Source: an archaeon (lineage in GTDB: Archaea > Iainarchaeota > Iainarchaeia > Iainarchaeales > JANQMZ01). From it: 32,000 nt of DNA. Each line of letters opens with the position of its first letter. Position 1 is the stretch's first letter. The notes under the pieces were generated by a model. It had not been told where the DNA came from, did not search any database, and worked only from the letters and a program-made list of their open reading frames with translations. Shown piece by piece: positions 9,322 through 16,070 of this stretch. The DNA lies in the NCBI GenBank assembly GCA_028279805.1, contig JANQMZ010000007.1, positions 540,001 through 572,000 on the forward strand, read 5' to 3'. The position numbers and the translations under genes were made by a program.

Positions 9322-9503
9322 AAAATTAACATATACATAACACGGTTTTTTGGCTTTTTTGAAAAAAATTTTTTAGCATAAAAAAAACAAAATATACATA
9401 AAAAATAAGCTCATTCTGGGCTTTATTTTTTGAATAAACGTTAAAATAATGAGTATACATAAAAAAAAGGCTAAATTAAGCTTTTCAAACGATAGATATT
9501 TAA
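9322..9503. repeat. three tandem ~61-bp A-rich units with conserved core TATACATAA
   Basis: Cores lie at 9332-9340, 9393-9401 and 9454-9462, giving spacings of exactly 61 and 61 bp. Each is preceded by ~10 A-rich nt. The first two units also share GGCTTT(T/A)TTTTTGAA(A/T)AAA downstream. Confidence 0.7.
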
Positions 9504-9531
9504 ATGGAATGTTCATTTTTGTTATTGCCGT

Positions 9532-9714
9532 TTAGGGGGAAACACTAAATGAATAAAAAAAATTCAAAAGTGGCAGAAGCTGATACGAGCGTTCAAAGGG
9601 CTTTAAAGCTGGCTAACCAGCTGAAAACAGGCGGCCTTGCTCTTTCAGACGATACCTTGTTTCAGGGTTTCAAAAAATAATTATTGTTTTGCCTCATCAC
9701 CCTTTTCCCCCTAA
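9532..9714. repeat. 11-bp perfect inverted repeat TTAGGGGGAAA / TTTCCCCCTAA bracketing a 43-codon ORF
   Basis: The arms are 9532-9542 and 9704-9714. The left arm contains the SD (AGGGGGAA) of the small ORF. Confidence 0.8.
9549..9680 (+). CDS. small ORF, 43 aa, unknown function
   Basis: My own translation is MNKKNSKVAEADTSVQRALKLANQLKTGGLALSDDTLFQGFKK. SD AGGGGGAA lies 7-8 nt upstream, the same SD type as glnA and the 10263 gene. A TATA-like ATATTTAAAT sits at 9496-9505. The ORF is below the track length cut-off. Confidence 0.35.
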   Translation: MNKKNSKVAEADTSVQRALKLANQLKTGGLALSDDTLFQGFKK

Positions 9715-9775
9715 CACCCCTTTCAAAAACAACTTTGTTAAAATAGTTTAAAAGCATTTTAATTCAGATTTTTAA

Positions 9776-10279
9776 ATGAAAATTTTGATTACCGGTTCTC
9801 CGGGAGTAGGAAAAAGCAATATAGCCAAAGAGCTTGCAAAAAAGCTTAAAATGCCTGTTTTGAATGAAAAAGACTTTGCTTTAAAACAAGGCATAGGCGA
9901 ATGGGATCATGAAGAAAATGAACTGGTTGTACCCCTTGAAAAGCTTGAAAAAGGGCTAAAAAAACACATGAAAGGACAAAAAAATGCCATTTTAGAGGGG
10001 CATTTGTTGTGTGAAATTGGGCTTCCTGTGGATATTGTAATGGTTATAAGGGTTCATCCTGAGCTATTGGAAACAAGGCTTGAGCTGAAAAAGTATTCCC
10101 AGCAAAAAATTTATGATAACGTTTTTTGCGAGGGGATTGATTACTGCAAAAAACATGCTTTCAAAAATTATTCAGAGAAAAAAATTGTTGAAATTAAAAA
10201 CGAGAAAGGAATAAAAGAAGCCCTATCCAGAATATTAAAAGAATTAAGGGGGAGAAAACTAATTGAACAAAAAAATTAG
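9776..10279 (+). CDS. Fap7/AK6-type putative adenylate kinase (ribosome-biogenesis NTPase)
   Basis: 167 aa. P-loop MKILITGSPGVGKSNIAKELAKKL. The size and layout are typical of the archaeal Fap7 homologue. Confidence 0.7.
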   Translation: MKILITGSPGVGKSNIAKELAKKLKMPVLNEKDFALKQGIGEWDHEENELVVPLEKLEKGLKKHMKGQKNAILEGHLLCEIGLPVDIVMVIRVHPELLETRLELKKYSQQKIYDNVFCEGIDYCKKHAFKNYSEKKIVEIKNEKGIKEALSRILKELRGRKLIEQKN

Positions 10280-11540
10280 CTTTCTGTTAATACTGGTATT
10301 TTTATCAGCATTTGTTTTTGCACAAAATAATGAAACAAGCTTTGCCCAGAAAGGATACTCTGACTTTAGTGTGACCGGCGCTAATGAAACAAAATGCACT
10401 GATTTAAAATTTTTAGAACCGGTTAAAGGTTCAAATTTGTATCCCATTCTTTCAGTGGGAATAACATTCGGGCCGGCAACAAAAGGAGACTTAAACATAA
10501 CCACTTTTTTGAATGGTGAAACACTTGAAAGTTTGGATGTTGAAGATTTTTACTGCAACGGGGATTGCTGGAAAAGAATTTTTTTAGAAAAAGAAAAACT
10601 GTTGGAAGAAAATGATTTGAAAGTTTGCATTACAACAAGTGACAGCATTACCAATGTCACTTTTTTAAATAATTCAACAATTGGCTCATATGAAACCCCG
10701 GTTTTAAAACAGGAAAATTTGGAAAAATGTGTTACAAATTTAACGCCTTTAGTTGGAGAAAATGTTAATGCCTGCATGAGAATAACAAACACAGGTTCAA
10801 AGCCTGTTGAAATAGAATTAAGAAATGTGAGGCAGATTGTTGAAGATTTGGATAAACTGATTGACATTCAGTTAATCGGTGAGAGTCTTTTCAAAGGAAC
10901 AATTGAGGCAGGAGAAACAAAAGAAGCCTGGTATAAAGTAAGGCCCAAAAAACCTGTCAAAATTACTCTGCCTCCGGGCGTTTTATATTATGAAAACATT
11001 TTTGGCGAGCCCCAGGTTTTAAAATCAAATCATTTGACCCTGAATGTAAAAGAACCTGAAAAGCCTTTGGAACCATTTATTTTAATCGGAGAAATTGTTA
11101 ATGGAAAATTTGATTTTAAAGTTGCTGTGAAAAACAATACAAAAAATACTTTGTATAATGCTTTGTTTTCATTACAGCCGGATAATGCCTTGAATGTTGA
11201 AGGGGAAAAAATTGTAAGAATTAGTCAAATAGAATCCGGGGAAATAAGAGAGATTAATTTTTCAGGCGAAGCTCTAAACAACGGCTCATTTGATTTGGAT
11301 TGCAGTGTTAAATATCTGGATTATAATCTGGAAGACACAAAATGTAACACGATACAAGTTGTAGTTGAAGACAAGCAAAATTTTATTTTATACGGGGCTA
11401 TTGCACTGGCGATAACTGCAGTACTGGTATACTTATACATAAATTATTCTGCTGCGAGAATAAAACAAAAAGAACTGGAAAAAAAACAGCCAAGAGAAAG
11501 CAAATGGAAATTAAAACAAGAGGAAGAAAAATCAGAATAA
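10263..11540 (+). CDS. surface protein with signal peptide, CARDB-like beta-sandwich modules, C-terminal TM and basic tail
   Basis: 425 aa. A TTG start is preceded by AGGGGGAG and overlaps the Fap7 gene end by 17 nt. Signal: NKKISFLLILVFLSAFVFA|QNN. There are many N-x-S/T sequons. The C-terminal TM (FILYGAIALAITAVLVYLYI) is followed by a K/E tail. Confidence 0.65.
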   Translation: MNKKISFLLILVFLSAFVFAQNNETSFAQKGYSDFSVTGANETKCTDLKFLEPVKGSNLYPILSVGITFGPATKGDLNITTFLNGETLESLDVEDFYCNGDCWKRIFLEKEKLLEENDLKVCITTSDSITNVTFLNNSTIGSYETPVLKQENLEKCVTNLTPLVGENVNACMRITNTGSKPVEIELRNVRQIVEDLDKLIDIQLIGESLFKGTIEAGETKEAWYKVRPKKPVKITLPPGVLYYENIFGEPQVLKSNHLTLNVKEPEKPLEPFILIGEIVNGKFDFKVAVKNNTKNTLYNALFSLQPDNALNVEGEKIVRISQIESGEIREINFSGEALNNGSFDLDCSVKYLDYNLEDTKCNTIQVVVEDKQNFILYGAIALAITAVLVYLYINYSAARIKQKELEKKQPRESKWKLKQEEEKSE

Positions 11541-11576
11541 TCAATTTGGATTTTATTTTCTTCCTTTAAAACAAGC

Positions 11577-11831
11577 TTAAACGTTTAACCAGTTTTTAAC
11601 ATTGTGAACTGCCTGAATTGTTGCCATTGCCGTTATAATGTTTGGTTCGTGAACGCTTGTAAATTCCTGCTTTTCGCTTAATCTTCTGGCTTCAAAATTT
11701 AAAATAACTTCAACAGGAACCCCGTGCTTTTGAAGTTTTACTGCCAAGTCTTCAGGAGTTTTTTCGTTAAAATCAATTCCGTAGTTTCTGACAATTTTTT
11801 TAACATGGTTAAAAGTTTTAATTTTGTTCAA
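11577..11831 (-). CDS. hypothetical protein, start unresolved
   Basis: 84-aa ORF from a TTG with no SD. The same frame stays open 69 nt further upstream (GGIISTHDTKKYFARTSQKLKFD...) back to a TGA that lies inside a strong GAGGTGG, with no canonical start there. It could be a non-canonical start or a decayed gene. Confidence 0.4.
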   Translation of the reverse strand: MNKIKTFNHVKKIVRNYGIDFNEKTPEDLAVKLQKHGVPVEVILNFEARRLSEKQEFTSVHEPNIITAMATIQAVHNVKNWLNV

Positions 11832-12045
11832 ATCAAACTTTAATTTTTGCGATGTTCTGGCAAAATATTTTTTTGTGTCGTGTGTTGAAATAATACCACC
11901 TCATTCCCTGCAAGAGGGGCAAAAGTTTTGAAAAAACTCATTAATAAAGCTTTTGCCTATTTTCACTCCTTAACTCGTTCAAGTTTTTTAAATTTGAGGA
12001 AACACTAAACCTAACAAATATAAAGAATTTTACATAGGTAGATTA

Positions 12046-12109
12046 TAGGGTGGGAAACGAGTTTTTAGGCAACTAACTAACTCTCTTAGCTATTCTCACC
12101 CTACTTTTT
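12046..12109 (+). ncRNA. candidate small structured RNA (58-nt irregular hairpin capped by GCAA, then T5)
   Basis: An 11-bp outer stem pairs 12046-12056 with 12093-12103 (one G.U). A 5-bp stem pairs 12059-12063 with 12079-12083. A 4-bp stem pairs 12065-12068 with 12073-12076. The loop GCAA (GNRA) is at 12069-12072. TATA-like AAATATAAAG at 12016-12025 lies ~26 nt upstream of the stem base, and oligo-T at 12105-12109 follows directly. I recognised no known RNA class. Confidence 0.3.
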
Positions 12110-12149
12110 CTGCAAAATTTGAATATTTTTTGGCTTGCTTTCGCCTTAG

Positions 12150-12180
12150 AAAAAAATTGAAGGAAAAAAGTTTTTTCCTT
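12150..12180 (-). terminator. hairpin + T7 terminator-like element downstream of the 51-aa ORF
   Basis: AAGGAAAAAAGTTTTTTCCTT (12160-12180) is self-complementary. On the minus strand it is followed by CAA then TTTTTTT (complement of 12150-12156). Confidence 0.35.
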
Positions 12181-12207
12181 TACTAAAAAATTATTTATGA
12201 ACTTTTT

Positions 12208-12363
12208 TTAGATTTCGTCAAATTTTAAAATCCGCCCCTTTTTCATATCTTCAAGAGATTTTTCAATTTGTTTGATTTCGTTTTTAGTCAAAGGATCATC
12301 TTCCTTTGAAATTCTAATGAATCTTTTGATAATTTCATCATGACTTTTACTCGAAATGTTCAT
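12208..12363 (-). CDS. small ORF, 51 aa, unknown function (antitoxin/RHH-like flavour only)
   Basis: My own translation is MNISSKSHDEIIKRFIRISKEDDPLTKNEIKQIEKSLEDMKKGRILKFDEI. There is no SD, a terminator-like hairpin downstream and a perfect palindrome upstream. The ORF is below the track cut-off. Confidence 0.25.
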   Translation of the reverse strand: MNISSKSHDEIIKRFIRISKEDDPLTKNEIKQIEKSLEDMKKGRILKFDEI

Positions 12364-12415
12364 TTAATCATCTTTTAATTAACATTTAAATTCTAATAGA
12401 CTAACGATTGTATAA

Positions 12416-12431
12416 GCTTGTTTAAACAAGC
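12416..12431. promoter_or_regulatory. 16-bp perfect palindrome GCTTGTTTAAACAAGC
   Basis: It lies between the stop of the 90-aa membrane-protein gene (12438) and the start of the 51-aa ORF (12363). It could be an operator or a terminator hairpin. Confidence 0.4.
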
Positions 12432-12437
12432 AATTTA

Positions 12438-12710
12438 TTAACCTTCATCCGCCCCACAACTTTGTTTTAATGCGTCTCTTGATTTGATGCATTCGTTCAG
12501 GTTTGAATTTAATAATTGATTTTCTGATTCTAATTCTGAAATTGTTTGAGGGTTTGAATCCAATAGGGGTTGAACGAATTGTGCCTGCAGTATCATTCCT
12601 AAAGCTATTCCTATTATGAAAATAATAAGTAAAGACAATCCGGTCCAGGAAGTTTTTCTTTTGCTGTGTCCGGTGTCAATTTCCTCTTCTTCTTTTGGCC
12701 ACATGTGCAA
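12438..12710 (-). CDS. small single-pass membrane protein with extracytoplasmic coiled-coil
   Basis: 90 aa. TM GLSLLIIFIIGIALGMIL is followed by a Q/N/E/L-rich helix. Confidence 0.5.
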   Translation of the reverse strand: MHMWPKEEEEIDTGHSKRKTSWTGLSLLIIFIIGIALGMILQAQFVQPLLDSNPQTISELESENQLLNSNLNECIKSRDALKQSCGADEG

Positions 12711-12833
12711 GCATAAAGTTTTTTCTGAAATAAAAAGTTTTTGGATTCAAACAGGCAAAAAAACCAATCTTATACATAACAATTTTTCAGAGAAAAATAT
12801 ATAAATAGAAAAGACTTTTAGGTATAAGATAAC

Positions 12834-13097
12834 ATGTACAAGTACACTATTGCCAGGCAACTTGCCACTAAAAGGGTTATTACCAACAGAGGGGATGAAG
12901 TAGGCAAATTATCCGACATGGATATTGATGAAAAAACAGGGGACATTGAAAGTCTTATCATTGACATTGACAAGGGCTCAAAGTTAGCAAGCAAGCTGGG
13001 CCTGAGAGAAAGATCTGTCACCATTCCTTACTCTGCGGTTACAGCGGTAAGTGACGTTTTCATAATAGATGAAAGGGAACTGGCTCACAAGGATTAA
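12834..13097 (+). CDS. PRC-barrel domain protein
   Basis: 87 aa. RVITNRGDEVGKLSDMDIDEKTGDIESLIID....VTIPYSAVTAVSDVFIID is the typical PRC-barrel pattern. TATA-like AAATATATAAATAG lies ~30 nt upstream. Confidence 0.6.
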   Translation: MYKYTIARQLATKRVITNRGDEVGKLSDMDIDEKTGDIESLIIDIDKGSKLASKLGLRERSVTIPYSAVTAVSDVFIIDERELAHKD

Positions 13098-13099
13098 AA

Positions 13100-14104
13100 T
13101 TAATCCGTTTCAATTGTGAGTTTTTTCTGCTTTAAATCTATTTTTTTCACATAATTTGTTTTATACATAATTTCTTTTTGGCTTTTTTTGCCAACATTCT
13201 GCTTCACAGTATTTATGTCCTGCTGTATTTTTGCATAATTTGAATAAATTGCCTGCGCTTTTTGCTCTAATTCTTTGCTTTTTTTTAACGAATTTTTTAA
13301 TGATTTTTTTTGCATTTCAAGAGTTCTTTTTAATGCTTCAATTTTTTTGTTTTCTTCAGGTTCTTGTTCTGACATGATAAGATTTTTTGCAAGAGTTTCA
13401 TCAATTTTTTCATTCAAAGATTTTGCGGGAATAACTGAATAAATTTTTTGTAAAAAATTTAAAATTTTTTTCAGCTGTAAATCGTTTAACTCTGAAGCTT
13501 TGATGTTTTTTTCTATTTTTGACTGTTTGAATGCTTTTTCACAATATTCCGGTGCTGTGTTAAATTCGGATATTAGTGTTCTTATTGAATCTTTTTTTGA
13601 TTTTTGAAATGCTTGTTTGAATTCTTTAAAATTTGTTTTTAAAATGTTTAAACCTCTTGCGGGCGGAAACCTGTATTTTTCTCCTTTTTTTAAAGAACGG
13701 TGTGCCCATGTTCTTGCATTAAATGCCCGTAAAATTTCTTTTTTTTTGTCTGTGAAAACAATGTTTCCTTTTCCAAAAAATTCTAAAAACAGAAAAAAGT
13801 TTTCAAATTCTATTACTGCAATTCTTTCAAGTTCATGTTGTTCAAATTTTTTAATTTTTTTGTTAAACAAGTGTTTTTTTAAAAAAGAAGAAAAGCCGGA
13901 GGGGTTTTGCCGGGCTTCCATTTTGTATGCTGTTATAAAAAAAGCATTAGGAGTTATTATGAGATTTTTTCCTCCTTTTTTTGTCTGAATTTTTATTTTA
14001 ATCCAGTTGTTTGGAAGTTTTTGAATTTTGTTTAAAAAAGAATTTTCAACCAAAGGCTTTAATTCCAGAATTAATTGTTTTATTTCCAGATTTGTCAGCT
14101 GCAT
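13100..14104 (-). CDS. NFACT-N domain protein (Rqc2/NEMF/FbpA family), short form without NFACT-R
   Basis: 334 aa. N-terminus: MQLTNLEIKQLILELKPLVENSFLNKIQKL...LIITPNAFFITAYK..PSGFSSFLKKHLFNKKIKKFEQHELERIAVIEFEN..LFLEFFGKGNIVFTD. A K/E coiled coil follows, and I saw no DUF814/NFACT-R-like segment. Confidence 0.6.
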   Translation of the reverse strand: MQLTNLEIKQLILELKPLVENSFLNKIQKLPNNWIKIKIQTKKGGKNLIITPNAFFITAYKMEARQNPSGFSSFLKKHLFNKKIKKFEQHELERIAVIEFENFFLFLEFFGKGNIVFTDKKKEILRAFNARTWAHRSLKKGEKYRFPPARGLNILKTNFKEFKQAFQKSKKDSIRTLISEFNTAPEYCEKAFKQSKIEKNIKASELNDLQLKKILNFLQKIYSVIPAKSLNEKIDETLAKNLIMSEQEPEENKKIEALKRTLEMQKKSLKNSLKKSKELEQKAQAIYSNYAKIQQDINTVKQNVGKKSQKEIMYKTNYVKKIDLKQKKLTIETD

Positions 14105-14126
14105 AACTGTAAAAGAATCAAATTTG

Positions 14127-14570
14127 TTATATTTTTAGCGGTTCTTCTTTAACTGTTCTTAAAACAAGCCTTGTTTGTGTTCTGTCCACAAATTCAAATG
14201 TCTGAATTTTTTTGATCACATTGTCTAATTCTTTTCTTGATTTAAATCTTGCCAAAACAACTGCATCAAAGTGCCCTGCAGTATCATACAATGCAAAAAC
14301 ATTGGGAATTTTTGAAATTTTGGCTTCCATTTGGGGAATTCGCCCTCCTTTGAATCTGATGTCAATAACCGTTGTCAATTCATACCCCAGTTTTTCATAA
14401 TCCAGTTCGACTGAAAAATTTTTAATCAGGCCCTGTTTAAGCATTTTGTGAATTCTGTGAAAAACAGTGTTTGTTGAAATTTTTGATTTTTTGGCAAGCT
14501 GTTTGTAGGATAAGCGGGAATTCTGAATTAATCTGTTTAAAATTTCCGAATCAATTTTATCAATATTCAA
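14127..14570 (-). CDS. Lrp/AsnC family transcriptional regulator
   Basis: HTH: IDSEILNRLIQNSRLSYKQLAKKSKISTNTVFHRIHKMLKQGLI, plus a RAM-like C-terminus. I place the start at TTG 14570 (AGGTG + T6 + TTG). The ORF-track GTG at 14579 is part of the SD. Confidence 0.85.
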   Translation of the reverse strand: MNIDKIDSEILNRLIQNSRLSYKQLAKKSKISTNTVFHRIHKMLKQGLIKNFSVELDYEKLGYELTTVIDIRFKGGRIPQMEAKISKIPNVFALYDTAGHFDAVVLARFKSRKELDNVIKKIQTFEFVDRTQTRLVLRTVKEEPLKI

Positions 14571-14738
14571 AAAAAACACCTAAAATTTTTAATATTTTTA
14601 AAACAAATTTACTATTTTTTGTGATAAATTAATGTTTTAAACCTATTTTTTCAAATATTTTCCTAAAAATTTTTCAAAAATTTTATTAATATTGAATTCT
14701 TTTGTCTGTGAATTGATTTTTTTTAAAGGGGGAATTTT

Positions 14739-16070
14739 ATGGGAGTAAAGGAAATTTTATCAAAAGCAAAAAAAGACAAAATAAGAATAGTGGAACTGCA
14801 TTTCACTGACATTCATGGAATGATTAAAAGTGTTACAATTCCGGTTGAAAAGCTTAAAACAGCTCTGGAAAGAGGAGTGTGGTTTGACGGTTCAAGCATT
14901 GAAGGTTTTACAAGAATAGCTGAAAGTGACATGTACTTAAAGCCGGATATGGATACCTATGCGGTTGTTCCGTGGAAAACTGAAACCAAAACATGCAGAT
15001 TTATTTGTGATATTTATACGCCTGATGACAAGCCTTTCAAAGGAGATCCGAGGCATATTTTAAAACTGGCAATTGAAAAAGCAAAAAAAATGGGTTATGG
15101 TTATTTTGTCGGGCCCGAACTGGAATTTTTTTTGTTCCAGTCAAACGGAGATAAAACAAAACCGGCTTTGCATGATTCAGGAGCATATTTTGATTATTCT
15201 CCGAGGGATCTGGCTACAGAAATAAGAAACCAGATTGTTTTTGCATTAAAAGAATTTGGTTTGGATGTTGAAATGCTGCATCATGAAGTTGCCCCGGGGC
15301 AGCATGAAATTGATTTCAGGTACGGTGACGCTTTAAAAACAGCTGACAATGCCATTACTTTGAAATATGTTGTGAAAAGCATTGCACATGCAAACGGTTT
15401 GCATGCAACTTTTATGGCCAAACCGGTTTTTGGCGAAAACGGTTCCGGAATGCATGTTCATCAAAGCTTGTTTGACTTGAAAAAGAAAAAAAATGCTTTT
15501 TATGATCCGAAGGATTCGTATTTTTTGTCAAAGATTGCCAAAAGTTTTATTGCAGGGCAACTGAAACATATTAAGGCAATGACTGCGGTTATTGCTCCCA
15601 CGGTCAATTCTTATAAAAGGCTTGTGCCGGGATATGAGGCTCCTGTTTATATTTGCTGGGCTACAAAAAACAGGTCAGCTTTAATCCGGGTTCCCAGATT
15701 TTTCAAAGGACAGGGAGCTTCAGCAAGATGTGAATTAAGATGTGGCGACCCCTCCTCAAATCCTTATCTTGCTTTTGCGGTAATGCTGGAATCAGGGCTG
15801 GATGGAATGAAAAACAAAATGGTTCCTCCAAAGCCGACAGAGGAAGATGTTTACGAGTTTTCGGAAAAAGAATTGACTCATAAAAAAATTGACACATTGC
15901 CAAAATCTTTGGGAGGGGCAATACATGAGCTTAAAAGGGATAAAGTGGTTTTGGATGCATTGGGGGAACATGCAGGCCCTTTGTATGTCAGGGCAAAAAA
16001 GAAAGAATTTTTGGATTACAGCATGCAGGTAACAGAATGGGAAAAAGAAAAATATTTTGAAAGTGTTTAA
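14739..16070 (+). CDS. glnA: glutamine synthetase, type I
   Basis: 443 aa. Motifs: FTDIHG, GSSIEGF, GPELEFFLF, HHEVAPGQHEIDF, KPVFGENGSGMHVHQSL, NSYKRLVPGYEAP. SD AGGGGGAA lies 6 nt upstream. Confidence 0.95.
   Translation: MGVKEILSKAKKDKIRIVELHFTDIHGMIKSVTIPVEKLKTALERGVWFDGSSIEGFTRIAESDMYLKPDMDTYAVVPWKTETKTCRFICDIYTPDDKPFKGDPRHILKLAIEKAKKMGYGYFVGPELEFFLFQSNGDKTKPALHDSGAYFDYSPRDLATEIRNQIVFALKEFGLDVEMLHHEVAPGQHEIDFRYGDALKTADNAITLKYVVKSIAHANGLHATFMAKPVFGENGSGMHVHQSLFDLKKKKNAFYDPKDSYFLSKIAKSFIAGQLKHIKAMTAVIAPTVNSYKRLVPGYEAPVYICWATKNRSALIRVPRFFKGQGASARCELRCGDPSSNPYLAFAVMLESGLDGMKNKMVPPKPTEEDVYEFSEKELTHKKIDTLPKSLGGAIHELKRDKVVLDALGEHAGPLYVRAKKKEFLDYSMQVTEWEKEKYFESV

Noticed and set aside
9322-9503. 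Reading the 61-bp periodic units as a degenerate CRISPR array
   Set aside because: The period is CRISPR-like, but only ~9-20 nt are conserved per unit. The conserved part is A/T low-complexity rather than a 24-37-nt structured repeat, and no cas gene or leader is present in the window.
9526-9720. SRP RNA, RNase P RNA or tRNA in the relatively G+C-richer patch
   Set aside because: There is no acceptor/T-arm pattern and no GNAR-capped helix-8-like motif with the conserved loops. The length enclosed by the inverted repeat (~180 nt) is too short for archaeal SRP or RNase P RNA. A clean 43-codon ORF with an SD explains the patch better.
9280-12110. Reading the GGGGGAAAC / GTGGGAAACGAG boxes plus the AT-rich repeats as ORB-type origin-of-replication elements
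   Set aside because: From memory, archaeal ORB/mini-ORB elements contain a TCCA...GGAAAC dyad with the G-string downstream. Here the TCCA half is absent, the G-tract is upstream, and no orc1/cdc6 gene is adjacent. The boxes are more simply SD/leader sequences. A GC-skew or marker-frequency analysis on the full genome would be needed to revisit this.
12208-12363. Type II toxin-antitoxin module
   Set aside because: Only one small ORF is present and I found no adjacent toxin-sized partner on either side. The resemblance to antitoxins is compositional only.
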